Source: Octopus sinensis | Lineage: Eukaryota | DNA: 64,000 bases | Reading direction: 5' to 3' | NCBI RefSeq assembly: GCF_006345805.1 | Contig: NC_043004.1 | Span: 41,974,001-42,038,000, forward strand | Part shown: piece after piece, positions 38,700 to 52,605 of the stretch | How positions within the stretch are numbered: position 1 is the stretch's first letter | Layout: every line of letters begins with the position of its first letter | Notes under the pieces: model-generated | The model's database searches: none | Seen by the model: only the letters and a program-made list of their open reading frames with translations | What the model was told of the DNA's origin: nothing | Translations under genes and position numbers: made by a program

Positions 38700-39770
38700 C
38701 TGAGAACAGAATAAATGTTTCAGATACTATAGGCATTTCAAAGGGAATATTCCAGGGAGATAGTCTTTCTGTACTTCTTTTTATTTTGGCACTGAATCCA
38801 TTATCGTTCTTACTGCAGAAAACAATTGGTTACATGCTAAGACCTTCAACTGCTAGAAATATCAATGTAACTCATATTTTTTCTTTGTAGGCGTCTTCAA
38901 GATTTATGCTAAAAGAGTTAACAATGCAAAAAAAACCAAAAACAACTGGAATTAGTTAACTTTTTCAACTGATATAGGCATGGAATTTGGCCAAGAGCAA
39001 TATTCATATTTGGTTATAGAACGAGGGAAGTCAGTCCCCCAAACCCAAACCTGTACATCAACGGTCTCTCTATAACGCCCCCCATCATTCTACACAAAGA
39101 ATGTTACAAGTACCTAGGCATAGGTGAAAATGTATCATATGAAGGGACCCGAGAATATTACACCAGAGAATATTATGAGTGACTCGTGAATATTACACCA
39201 GCATTGGGTAAATATGGCAGTCGGAACTCTCCTTTTATAACAAAACAATATCCCACAATGCATTTGCAGTACCTGTGCTGATCTTAACATTTGGGATACT
39301 TGATTGGTCTGTAGAGGAAATCTATTCCAAACCCCGCAAAATCCTGGCAACAACTGGGAACTCCCACAGAAACAGTGATGTTGAGGCTCCACCTAAGAAG
39401 AAATGAAGGTGGTAGAGGTCTGAGATCAGTGCTGACGGCCTTCAAGTGCCATATGCTATCATTCAAGCAGCATCTGCTGAACAACACCAGCAAAAATAAA
39501 TATATAAATGCAGTGCTGAAAAGTGAAGCGAACAACAATGTACGAGTCGGCAGTGAGCTCCTCAAGAAGCACTCTCTTCCTGATGATCTCCTATACAGCT
39601 ACAAACTGCTGGGCTCTCTTTACTCAGAGAAGATCTGGATTGAAAGCCATTAGCATACGAAAAAAGAAGACTATGCATGGGGATATTTCCCGAGCGCAGC
39701 TTCTCTTGGACAAAAGACCACTACATCACATTACACTTTCTACGTATATGCGACGGGTTTTCTCCAGTTT
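38700..39770 (+). mobile_element. R4/Dong-like LINE RT remnant
   Basis: GIFQGDSLSVLLFILALNPLS, DIGMEFG, YKYLG and RLHLRRNEGGRGL motifs, with frameshifts. Confidence 0.7.
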
Positions 39771-39912
39771 CCGCAAACCTAATCCGCTCCCGAGCCTTAG
39801 TTGGCCCAAGGCTATAGTAGAAGATGATACGCAGTGGGACTGACACTGTTTTTTACAACTACAGTGTGATTGTAGTTGGGAAATAAAGCGTCTTACCACA
39901 CAGCCACGCCTC
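39770..39912 (-). mobile_element. SINE head fragment
   Basis: GGCGTGGCTGTGTGGTAAG head; family of 18000-18403. Confidence 0.7.
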
Positions 39913-39985
39913 TCCTTGCCTATCTCTGCTACTCTCTCTCTCTCTTTATACACACATATATATATATATATGTTAATACTATGAA

Positions 39986-40026
<41 letters not shown>

Positions 40027-40110
40027 CAACAATAATAATAATAATAACAACAATAATAATAATAATGATGATAATAATAATAATATAATAATAATAATAA
40101 TAACATAAAC

Positions 40111-41058
40111 TACACACACACACACAAACAGATGCACACACACACACATCTTCGTGTGTGAGTGAGTACATGTACACGAGTGCGAGCGTGTGCATGTGTG
40201 TGTGTGAGTGGTGCGCGCGCTAGTCTAACCGTCTAACTGAAACAGAAATGAACGAATTTATGTTTAGACTTAAGTTATAACACATTTTTTTTTCTATGCT
40301 GCTGCAGTTTCATATTATATATTGAAGCAAGCCAAAATAAACAGAAAAACATTAAACCAGTTATATATTTCTATATATCATTTAAAGAAGGGTGACACGT
40401 CAAACAAAAATATCTTTCAAACAGCTGCTCCTTAATTTATTCGAAAACAACAACTTACTTACCTCAGCTAATTCTACTTTTGTGTATATTTGTAGCTTTA
40501 TTTCTTTCTTTCATTTTTCCAGTACCTCTTCGTGTGTGTGCATACGCACATAAATGTCTCCACAGATATGAAGTACAACACACACACACACACACACACA
40601 AACAGATGCACACACACACACATCTTCGTGTGTGAGTGAGTACATGTACACGAGTGCGAGCGTGTGCATGTGTGTGTGTGAGTGGTGCGCGCGCTAGTCT
40701 AACCGTCTAACTGAAACAGAAATAAACGAATTTATGTTTAGACTTAAGTTATAACACATTTTTTTTCTATGCTGCTGCAGTTTCATATTATATATTGAAG
40801 CAAGCCAAAATAAACAGAAAAACATTAAACCAGTTATATATTTCTATATATCATTTAAAGAAGGGTGACACGTCAAACAAAAATATCTTTCAAACAGCTG
40901 CTCCTTAATTTATTCGAAAACAACAACTTACTTACCTCAGCTAATTCTACTTTTGTGTATATTTGTAGCTTTATTTCTTTCTTTCATTTTTCCAGTACCT
41001 CTTCGTGTGTGTGCATACGCACATAAATGTCTCCACAGATATGAAGTACAACACACAC
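40111..41058. repeat. Tandem duplication, period about 474 bp, bounded by (CA)n
   Basis: gatgcacaca anchor at 40131 and 40605; near-identical copies. Confidence 0.9.
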
Positions 41059-41171
41059 ACACACATACACACAAACACACTCAAACACACACACATACGC
41101 ACGCACACACACGCGCATGTAGGTATACATTTATCTTTATGAATCTCTATAGACGTTCACGTGTATGCAGG

Positions 41172-41215
<44 letters not shown>

Positions 41216-41389
41216 CAAACATATATAAACATATGTGGGTGTTTGTGTCTGTTTGAATGATAGATATATATTCATATCTATACAATATGCATACATAAAC
41301 ATATATACACACACACATAATCCTATGTATTCATATGCTGCCCTGGTAACTATTTATTTATTTTTCCGTGTTAATTGTAAAAATACACT

Positions 41390-41396
41390 CATCTAT

Positions 41397-41427
<31 letters not shown>

Positions 41428-41507
41428 TCCTGAGCGCCATACTAATACAATTGTTCGTTTGTTTTCCACCTGCCTTCGTCTTTTGTTTATTTTCATAAAG
41501 CTTCCCG

Positions 41508-41587
<80 letters not shown>

Positions 41588-41589
41588 TA

Positions 41590-41633
<44 letters not shown>

Positions 41634-41690
41634 TATATATAACATACATATACGTATGTATATACATATAACGTATAAGATCTCTTATAT

Positions 41691-41747
<57 letters not shown>

Positions 41748-41814
41748 TATATATATATACGTATGTATATACATATAACATATAAGCTCTCTTATATCTT
41801 TATATATATAATAT

Positions 41815-41846
<32 letters not shown>

Positions 41847-41858
41847 CACATACATACA

Positions 41859-41911
<53 letters not shown>

Positions 41912-41930
41912 TGCATACATACATATTCCA
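41390..41930. repeat. (TA)n tract with a pLTR tail at 41428-41509
   Basis: Directly visible; the tail matches family F4. Confidence 0.85.
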
Positions 41931-42736
41931 TACACATACATATGTATTATATGTAGGTAGTTAACTCGCTAACGCTCTATTAATATGTATCTTCATGTAT
42001 CTCTTCATAATTTCCTATCAGTGACAATTCGTTTCCAATTCTCTTTTGTATCCTTATTTCTTGTTTCTTTACGCTTACTCGATACATGCAAAAACACGCA
42101 CGCACATACGCGCAGTGTTCTATACGTGTCACCTTATCTCTTCTTGATTCTCTGCATTCGCTTTTTGCTCAATATAGTGCAGAATGAAGTGCATTGAAAA
42201 AATCTGCGGAGTTGTATGGCATGTCTTATATCATTTGCTCAGGTTTTCTATTCAAATATTTAGTTAAGCATTACTCTCTTTGGTTTTCTTCTACCGCGCC
42301 CCTACTACTGCTCGTAGGAAATACTTTCGTCATATTTTCCATTGAAACAGACTTTTAAAGTAATTTCTCGTTGGCAAAAAGGCGTTTGAAGAAGGTTCTT
42401 TTAGATGCTAAATCTCAGTATGTAGGGCAGACCGATGTCTTTCGTATTATCCATAATTGTGTATTGGATATAGCTAAATCTATAAGCCCTTCAATTTATG
42501 TGGTTATGGGGCTCATGATTTCTGTGTATGTAGGGACTTAAGATATCTAACTACTTATCAAAGTATAAATCGAATTTTCGCAAGTTCCTCAGAATTATGC
42601 AACTCTATTTCATAAAATTCTCCATGGCGGCATATTACGTAGTTTGCATTTTCAATTGTATTTATATTTGGTGTAGATTTTCTGGCGATGGAAAATGCTA
42701 TGTCATCGTCTCTTAAATGCTTTCTTGTTATCTTTG

Positions 42737-43140
42737 TTACCTCCGCCAAGGAAGGAGGTTATGTTTTCATCGGCGTTGGTTTGTCCGTCTGTCCGTCTGT
42801 GTGCAAAATAACTCAAACTTTTGTGAACGGTATTTGATGAAACTTGCAGGAAAAATTGGTAATGACACAAAAAACAGATGATGAAATTTTGGTAGTGATC
42901 CAGGAATTTTTATGGATTCTTGAAGGATTTTTCATTTGTTATATTTACTTTACATGAAGTATTACGTTACGTTCTTTGATTATCTCCCTTGAAAACACGT
43001 TTATTGTTTGCACTTAGCCTATGGTGGCGTTGCTGTTTCCAAAGTTTATTTTCGTTTCTCTATTAGTAATTTTATTCGCGTATCTAACTTAAAATGAGCT
43101 GCTTGGTAGAGGTCTACGCTCTCCGAAGGCTTTTCTGGTT
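42737..43140 (+). mobile_element. Helentron-associated non-autonomous element (HINE/DINE-like)
   Basis: TTACCTCCGCCAAGG start, gtctgtccgtctgt core, subterminal inverted CTTGGTAGAGGT, 3' hairpin-like end. Confidence 0.6.
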
Positions 43141-43542
43141 TTGATTTAGAATGAGTTGGCACGCAACAGAAAAGTTTGCTGAAAGCGCCATACAGTTAAT
43201 CTGATATAACCTTTCAGGTTGGTGTTCTGTTCTGATATGTGTATTTAGATTTAGTCTCTACCTCTTAAATAATGCAAAAGTGTTAGTTCGTGGGTAGGCT
43301 GCGAACTAAGAACACACACACACACAAACACGCACACGCACACATACCTTGTGTATGTCTGTTCGATTTTGTTTATATGCCTCAAGCTGCTTCTAATTCA
43401 AACTTAAATAACGACATGGACATAACATAATTCATTCACTAAGTATAGCTTAGTCTTTGCGTGAACACAAAACATTCGCGCAAGGTTTCATCGTGTGGTA
43501 TATAACTGCAACACTTCATTCTATCTATCTATCTATCTATCT

Positions 43543-46500
43543 GACAATATTCGTAGACCCGGAGGGTAGACTGGTCGTCCTGGATGTCGACGGCAGCAAT
43601 GGGTGCGCTTTTCGACTCGTATCAGTCTACGCACCGCCCTTAACAGGTCGGGCGGATTTCTTTCAACGTCTAGAAGTATTCTTGGGAACATCTCGTCCTT
43701 TACTCTTAGTGGGGGATTGGAATGCTACCTTGGACACGCATGTAGACTACGTGGGTAGAGATAGGAATAGACGGGGATGCAAATGCCTCAGAGACCTGCT
43801 CAGACGCTTTCAACTGTCTACAGGTTCCAACTAGACCACCCGAATGCGCCAACGTGGACATGGAGCAACCGCATCGGGTCGTCGAGATCGTATCTAGATA
43901 GGATACTGTGTAGGACAGTAGACAGAGATAGCATAGGATGTCCACAATTCCACATATCAGCTACACGGATCACAAACTTGTGACATGTACGCTAGACTTA
44001 GGTAAGACACTTAGGCAGGGTCCCGGATACTGGAACTAAACGCGTCTTTCCCATCGAGACAGGTTTTCAGAGACCGGATTAGCCACTAGTAAAGAGGGCT
44101 TTGACGGGAGCCATCATCAACAACAAATGGTGGTTTGCCCTCAAGAGAGCAGTAAAAGCAGAAGCGATTAGGTACAGCAAAGCACTAACCATAGATAGAA
44201 ATAGAGTTGAGGGTGAGCTAGTTAAGAAGCTAGAAGAGGCAATTAGAAGCGGCATCGCATCCGACGTTTTGGCGGCGAGGTTGGCCCTCGACCAACACTT
44301 CAACACCAAACACGAAGGATGTGCTGTCAGAGCTAGGATGCGTGCTCTAAGGAACGAAGGTGTTGGAGCCGCGAGAGAGGCCCGGGTGGCAGAGGCGCAA
44401 CAGGGCAACAAAGCCACCATTCGGTCCCTGGTAGATGAACAGGGGCGCGAATTGCTCGAGCCAAGTAAAATGTGTGAGGCCTTTCAGCAGGCATTTTGCC
44501 CGACTGTTCGGGACGAGTGGGAGGCAAGAACGTAGGGTGGACTTCAGAAAGGCAGGGTGCTGCGAAGTGCCATCACGGCGGCGGATGCAGAGGCGATGGC
44601 AGAATGCTCGAGTGACAAATCACCGGTTTGGGGTGGATGGTCTACCCTACGAGTTTTACAATTGTATGCCAGACTTGTTTGGAGATCTCTTGGCGGCGGT
44701 GTACTGCAACTGGCAGCAAAACGGGAGCATTCCTGGTTTTGTGAGCCGAGGAGCCGTAACACTGCTGAAGAAAGATCTAAACAAGGGAAATGTAATAGAT
44801 AACTTTAGGCCCATCACTCTGCTTAATGCAGACTTGAAAATTTTGGCCAAGGTGCTAGCCAAGAGGTTGGCGCTTGTCATCGAGAAACTGGTCGACAGGG
44901 TGAAAACATGCGCCGTGCCAGGCCGGACCATCCATGACAACCTCCACCTGATGCGCTACATCATAGACAGGGTAGTTAACGAACCTGGCATGGGTGGGGC
45001 GCTGATCAATTTGGATCAATCGAAAGCTTTCGATAGGGTAGACCATCGATACTTGGAGGCGGTCCTCAGAGCGGCAGGCTTCGGTCCCGTCTTCCGCGGC
45101 TGGATAGCCGCTTTGTACAGAGGCATCCGTTTCGGTAATCTGCGTGAATGGACATCTATCGAGACCCTTCGACATCGCACGCGTTCGGTCCGTCAGGGAT
45201 GCTCCCTCTCGTCGCTTCTATACGTATTGACTCTCGAGCCATTATTGCGAGAACTGGCAACTTTTTGAGGGGCATCCCGCGAGAACTGGGATGCGAGACG
45301 AGCGTGTCTGCATACGCGGACGACGTCACCGTCATAGTGTCTAGCCACGAGCACATCGAGCAGGTCGGCGAGACACTGAAAAACTACGAAGCGGTGACAG
45401 GAGCGAAAATCAACCGGGAAAAGTCAGTGGGCTTGCGACTAGGCACCTGGAGAAGCAAGCCCATGCCGTCCACCAGCGCCTCCGTCGTGGGACGCTGGAC
45501 CGACGGCCCGGTTGAGTTGCTCGGATCTGGTTTGGTCCGGACCTCCAAGTGGAGAAGAACTGGAACGAGATAACGAGTAGGGTGGTGACTCTCGCCCGGC
45601 AATGGGCCGAGAGGAAACTGTCCCTAAAAGGTCGGGCGGAGGTGGCGAACACGTACATCGCGTCCGTCATCTACTACCGCCTGACCGTCGTACCTTGTCC
45701 CGACCCTACCATCACCAAACTACAACGCATTCTCTTTCGCTTCTTGTGGAAAGGATGCGTCCCGATGGTCAGGCGATCCATTTGCTGTCAACACCCGCTA
45801 AAAGGAGGGCTGGGCATGCCGTGGTTGATGATGCGCAGACACGCGCTGAGACTGCGACATCTCTGGCTCTATGTAGACGACGGTGAACAGGTGTGGTCGC
45901 CGTTTGTGAGGCACGGTTTCTCGCAACTCGTCTCCATGACCGAACTGCAGTCGTCGATCAAAAAGAGGCCGAGGAAGGGCGATTGGCACCGCGAGTGTCG
46001 CGTTGCTCTCAAGCAACTCTGCCGTCCCGGGTCGACCTTGAGTGACTTCAACACAACCAAAGCATTCTATAGGGGATTAGTGGAGGGGAGGTACGACGAC
46101 GATCTCGGGGCGAACCTGGACGTCGACGAGGAGTACCTGACCCGCCTGTTCAGGACGACTTTCGGGCCAGGGCCCATGGGCAACTTCCAGAGATCCCTGG
46201 CAGTGCTACCGAGAAGCGCTACCCGTTCGGGATAAGCTCTACAGACACGGCTCGAGAAACACGGGGCCGACCTGCCCGAGATGCAGTCAGAGCGACGAAA
46301 CCGTTCTGCACGCACTCGTGCAATGTCCAACAATTTCCGACCTGTGGGCTTATGTCGAACAACTGCTGTCACGTGTGGGACGAGTCGGTTTATCAGCTGA
46401 GTCTATCGTCAATATTGTCACGCCTCCTTCCTTCAAACGGGAAGGAAGAGCTATTTTCATCATCCTTGTGGCTATGGCGAAAGAATCTATCTGGTGGACG

Positions 46501-47145
46501 CCTCTGAAAGGATTGGAGACAAACACTTTCCTCTCTGGTCAATCTCTCATCAACTTCTTCAAGTACCACTTGAAAAGGAAAGTGAGAGTAGAGTGGCAAG
46601 TTTTGTCTAGCGACTGTTTTAAAAAAAAGATGGGTGAATGTAGCAAGGATGGCACGTATGAATGACGAAGCCACCTTGAACCCAGAAATTGAAAACAGAG
46701 GGTTACCCACTTGCAAACAAATGTGGTAACATATAACAATATTGACCAAGGTTACCGTGGTCTTTTTCGTAGGCTTTTCTTCCCACGGATAAACCTTACT
46801 TGCTTTCCCCTTTACACCATATATCATAACACTGTGATACACGATCCCTATTGATCGTTATTTTTTTCCTCTTCTCATTTTTTCCCCTTTTTTCTTCTTT
46901 TTTCATTTCTCTTTCCTTTTGTTCCTTTTCCTTTTCTTTTTTTTCTTTTTATTCTTTTTATTTTATTCAATTTTTTTTGTTTTGTTTTTGTTCTTTTCTT
47001 CCCTTTTACGATCCCTCTTGATCGAAAACCTACGCGACCCCCTTTTTTTCTTTTGTTTTTTGTTCTCTTCATCCCCCAAAAGAAAAGCTCTACCTTGTAA
47101 CTTGTCCCATCTGTGTGCAGCCCTGTGTGGCCAATAAAAAAAAAC
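43543..47145 (+). mobile_element. 5'-truncated Tx1/L1-clade LINE inserted in (TATC)n
   Basis: APE fragment (SVYAP, VGDWNATLD), RT (NFRPITLLNADLK, DQSKAFDRVDH, RQGCSLS, YADD), CxxC..H..C knuckle, T-rich 3' UTR, AATAAAAAAAAA; (TATC)n on both sides. Confidence 0.9.
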
Positions 47146-47200
<55 letters not shown>

Positions 47201-48097
47201 CTAATTCCTCCTTGACACTGTTGTAGCCACCATCACGTTGTTGTAATCCTTAAATGTCGGATTGTTATAACGCCACTCTGGTATAGCACTATATTTATTA
47301 GAGTAGTAAAGACACGACTGACTAAAAATGTCTGCTTCGTACTCTCTCTATATATATTGACCGACGTCACCTTATTTATAGTGACTAGCATATATCACTC
47401 GTCACGTAGGAGGACTGTACCGTTATTACTATTATCCCCATAACATTATCTATCTATCTATCTATCTATATCTATCTAGGTGTAATTGTGAATGTGGATT
47501 ATTTGTGAGCACGCATGTGCATGTATGTGTGTGTGATTGTTTGCGCCTATGGACCTAGATTGGTATGTTTGTGCATCTGTATTCGTGTACCAAATGGCTA
47601 TAGCTTTTTTTTTAATTGAACACACTATCTTGAACACACTATCTGGATACTAAAAAAAGTATCCCGAATTTTACTGAGGTCTCCGGTGTAATTTTTGTTT
47701 AAAATTATGTGTGGAAATTTTCAATTAAATTTACATAATTACATTTACATAAGGAAATTGATCGAGAGAACATTGTAATACGTACTACCTAAGAAAACGG
47801 GTTAAAAAGCATGCATCCTGGATATGCGTTTCTACCTATCTGTATATCGGAAGAGGAGAAATGAGAATGAATAATGAGAATGAACAAAATTTTATTTTAT
47901 ATTATCCCAACGCATAACTTAGAAACAAAATATTTTAGTGAATATCTAAAGATACAATGCAATAATGTAAACGGCAGAGGAGTTACAAATAGACACATAC
48001 CACACATACACGCACACACACATATTAATATGTGTGTGCGTGCGTGTGTATATTATATATATATATGTACACACACACACACCACACACACATACAT

Positions 48098-48142
<45 letters not shown>

Positions 48143-48191
48143 ATATATATATATAATATAATATAATATATATATGTGTGTGTGTGTGTGT

Positions 48192-48500
48192 GAAGACGCA
48201 TGGCTCAGTGGTTAAGAGCGTCGAGCATACGATAGTGAGGTTGTGATCTCGAATCCCGGACCGGGCTACGTGTTGTGTTCTTGAGCAAGACACTTTATTT
48301 CACGGTGCTCCAGTTAACGCGTGCCAAGCTGTATCGGTCTTTGCCTTTCCCTTGGATAACATTGGTGGCGTGGAGAGGGGAGGCCGGTATGCATGGGCGA
48401 CTACTAGTCTTCCATAAACCACCTTGCCCAGACTTGTGACTAGGAGGGTAACTTTCTAGGTGCAAGCCCATGGTCAGTGTCGTGACCGAAGGGGGTCCCA
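48192..48500 (+). mobile_element. tRNA-derived SINE
   Basis: TGGCTCAGTGGTTAAGAG and GATCTCGAATCCC boxes. Confidence 0.8.
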
Positions 48501-48501
48501 G

Positions 48502-48537
<36 letters not shown>

Positions 48538-48597
48538 CTTATTCAGCAATTCTACGTGCTCTTTAGCGATGACAGATTCTTAGATGATTTTATCTAT

Positions 48598-48628
<31 letters not shown>

Positions 48629-49215
48629 GCTATCTATCTATCTATCTATCTGTTTGTCTATCAATAATATTGAACACACATACACAAGACATGTGCTCTA
48701 CTGGTTCGTAAGTAGGCTACGCTTTAAAGAATAAGGGAATATATTCTCATCAATGCGCCTGGCGGTAAAACACCTGGAATCATAGTGATGCAGCTAGTCA
48801 AATATGAATTAGATGCAGCTTGTCTATAACTTCTTGGTGGTTTATCACCGGGTGCATTGGTGAAAATATATTTTCTTACGCCGGAAACTGCAGCCTGCAC
48901 ACGAACTATCAAAACACATACCATATGTGCTTGATATTGCTTATATCCAATAAACAGCTCCTAATTCATATTTGAAAATTTTCCTTGGTATGAAACGGTG
49001 GAACATACACGCACATGCACACACACACATACACACACACACACACAGACAAGCGCGCACGGACATACCCACACATACCTCCATCTCTTACTCTCTCGTG
49101 TCTTAGAAAGAAATTTTTCTTCACCTATTCCCTTCCGGTCATTTCAAAATGCAACCATATGTAAATCGTTGGCGATTTTCTTCCTCCGTCTCCCTTTCTA
49201 TTGCACTTTACTCTC

Positions 49216-49248
49216 TTTCTGAAGAAGGGCGTTGCTCGAATCGTTAAA
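49216..49248 (+). ncRNA. Minimal hammerhead motif with an A15.1T substitution
   Basis: TTT-CTGAAGA-A-GGGC-GTT-GCTC-GAATC-GTT-AAA, followed by a T-rich tail into (TA)n. Confidence 0.6.
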
Positions 49249-49402
49249 CCATCTTTCTTTCCTTCCCAGAGCGTCTGCTAATAGTTTATGTGTACCTCGT
49301 CTTTGTGTTGTTGCTTTTTGTGTTTGTTGTTCTTTTTTTATTTATATGTATCTATATATAAGAGCCTGTGCTCTTCAACAGAAAGAAACACAAAATATAT
49401 AA

Positions 49403-49444
<42 letters not shown>

Positions 49445-50114
49445 TCTATGTTCCTTTGTTGAAGAGCGTATATGTATATATTTATTCATACGAACATATA
49501 GTAAACCAGGTATTTCAATCAATGTAATGTTAGCTCTTCAGCACTATCAGAATTCGCCACCTTATATACACTCGAAAGACGCTATTTAACATATAAAAAT
49601 CCACCAACTATCGACTACTAATAACATAAATTGATGTGCAGTTTTTATTAAGTGAAAAAAATACAATGTACGTGCCATACACAGAAATTACGCTTAAACA
49701 ACGAAGAAAATCAGTTACCTACACAACCACTTTATCATATGGCATTAATTAAAATAAGATAGATTGTTTTTTGACTAAATATAAAAAAAAAACTGGTATA
49801 ACTAGCATACATACAGTGTTGTCCAAAAGTTATCTGACAGTGAATCAAAACTATTTAATTTCAAGATTTATTTATGTTTAACAACTGAATGAATTTAATA
49901 AAAGCATCTAACCATGAAATATCATGAAAATTGTTCAAACTAATGTTCTTGCGCGACACATTTTTCCATTCGAGTCAATACAGAATTACAGATAGCATTT
50001 ATGGAATTTCAATTTACTGTCGGGTGACTTATGGCCAAACTTGTATATATATATATATATAAAGAAAATTATAAATAATTCTTGACACGGCCCTGATGTG
50101 TATGTGTGTGCATG

Positions 50115-50150
<36 letters not shown>

Positions 50151-50156
<6 letters not shown>

Positions 50157-50403
50157 GTGTAGGAAAAATGATCGCAGCCTTCGAAACATATGTAGAAAAT
50201 AATATAACGGAATTTTGTTAAATCTTCGTTCAGCTCCATTTTTTCCTACACTTAATATATAAAACTTCAAATTTCCGCACTAAGGCACGTTTTTATGCCC
50301 CATGGTCGTAACTTCAACCGTGCTTTTTCTGTTGTGATTTTTGCTACCCAGGTATCGGTTATCATTTGAATTATCCGTAATAAGATAATTCATTTATCTA
50401 CTT

Positions 50404-50408
<5 letters not shown>
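50151..50408 (+). mobile_element. pLTR-like fragment with a short inversion and the 3' half of an HHR
   Basis: Inverted repeat 50151-50170 and 50237-50257; GAAACATATGTA at 50183-50194; (TA)n on both sides. Confidence 0.5.
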
Positions 50409-50439
<31 letters not shown>

Positions 50440-50746
50440 CATACATACTTTTCCATGGACACATACACAAATATATTTATACAAATACGTATGCGTAAGA
50501 GTCATTCTTTATTACAAAATATAAACCCTTTGAAAGCCTCCACCAAAAATGACACTATTACAAGGGCCTTAGAATAATACCCACGCACATATAAAAGACG
50601 ATATATTCAGAGCAGCCACTACTCATGAATTGATTCAGAACAATTCCAATCACTACTATTGCAAAAACAACGTGTGACTTTTAGGGCACTTGATCATTTA
50701 AGAGGATTCTACCAACATCCTGCTAATGTCATACCACTCCCGCATG

Positions 50747-50830
50747 TTCTTCTTCTTCTTCTTCTTCTTCTTCTTCTTCTTCTTCTTCTTCTTCTTCTTC
50801 TTCTTCTTCTTCTTCTTCTTCTTCTTCTTC
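50747..50830. repeat. (CTT)n microsatellite
   Basis: Directly visible. Confidence 0.95.
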
Positions 50831-51126
50831 TGTCCCAATGCTAGAAGTAGATCCACTATGTCTTATCACTAAGAATTGTTCTCTAGCAAATTTAGCAAAC
50901 ACCAGAAACGTAAGCGAGCAAGACAATGAATAGTAACAAAAATATAGATTAATCATAAACAATGTTTCACTATTAACAAATTACGAAATTTTGCTAAACG
51001 CAATTTATCTGTAAATCTTCAGTATGATCGTCCATACAAATATAATTTGAAGAACCACACACCGAACATGAGGTCGAATATGTATGTAGTTCTACCTGTA
51101 ACACTTATTTCTCAAAAGTCCTTGTG

Positions 51127-52588
51127 TGAGATTTTGGTGTAATTTGAGAGGATAATATAAAAGTTATGGATGATTTAGTGATTTACTGCAAAACCCATGT
51201 GATGTACTGCAAAAAATGACTGGAACTATTTAATATTTAGCGTGAAGCCCTTTAGCTTCAATCACACTCTGACATCTTCGACTGCATGAGGTAATTAAAT
51301 TTTCAATTTCTTGCTAGGTGATCTTATTCCATTCTTCCTGAAGGGCATTCCATAATTGCTCGGTTGTTTTAGGATTTCTGGCTTTCGAACGTTCTCCTAG
51401 AATATTCTACACATTTTCAATAGGATTGAGATCTGGGCTTTGAGCAGGCCAATCTATAACAATAACCTTTTCAGCCTTGAGGAAGTTCATGACCACCTTA
51501 GCCTTGTGACATGGGGCATTGTCCTGCAGGAATATGGGTGGTCGCTTAGTTGAATTTCTCAGCACAGGCAAGACATGATCTTTTACAAGTTGTTTATAAA
51601 CTCCTGCATTTACCTTTCCATGTAATCGCCCCAAAGGGCCCACACCATCTCCAGATATCATTCCCCAAACCATGACACTTCCTCCACCGAGTTTAACACT
51701 TGTCTTAAGGCATTTAGGCAACAATTTTTCACCTACTTTTCTACGAACGTATCTTTTCCCATCTGAGCCAAATAACATAAACTTAGATTCATCACTGAAA
51801 TGCACCTTTTACCATTTTTCTTGAGACCACAACACATGTTCGGTTGCAAAGGTAAGACGACACTTTTTATTCTTGGAGCTGATCAGTGGCTTCACTGCAG
51901 GTGCTCTTGCTTGTAGGTCATGTTCAACTAAACGACGAGACACAGTTTTTCGAGATGAAGTTTTCTTCAGTACAATGCTCATTTTCCGAGAAACAGCAGC
52001 AGCAGTTTTAAATCTGTCCTTTTTAACCAACTTTACCATACCACGATCTTCACTCTTGGTCGTTTTTCTTGGCCTACCTGTAAACCTTCTTGCTTCACAC
52101 GAACCACAATCATCGTAGACCCTAAGAATACCGTGTACAGAATTTTTTGACTTGTTAACAATCTTTGCAATAGATCCAATACTTAAATTATCCTTCCTAC
52201 GAAGCTTAATAATCTGCTGACGAATTGGTAACGGAGTAAGTGGCATTATATTAACAAATTACACTGCAAATATTCTTACTAATGTTTAGTAAACGAACCG
52301 TCACGTAAACAAATTCAAATGATTAGAGTTCACCGGTTAAATATACTAAAACACGGAGTAAAAGCAACCGTTCTGATCATTTTGGCCGCCATGGGTTTTG
52401 CAGTAAATCATTAAATCATCCATAACTTTCGTATTATCCTCTCAAATTACACTAACATCTCAGGCAATAACAAATAATATCGTATTTATTGTCTGTAAAA
52501 ATTATAGAATATAAAACAACTTTGATAAAAAATTATATCTACTTTTCTGACGAAAACAATGCCGTTCTGAACATTTTGGCCGCAACAG
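51127..52588 (-). mobile_element. Tc1 (DD34E) transposon with IR/DR-type long TIRs; left TIR truncated
   Basis: Inverted match between about 51127-51200 and 52390-52463; direct repeats CCGTTCTGA(T/A)CATTTTGGCC at 52368-52387 and 52562-52581. Confidence 0.9.
51230..52246 (-). pseudogene. Tc1 transposase, one frame with three in-frame stops
   Basis: GRPRKTT, HFSDESKF, LQDNAPCH, WPAQSPDLNPIENV; 1017 bp with no frameshift. Confidence 0.9.
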
Positions 52589-52605
52589 TATATATATATA
52601 TATAG

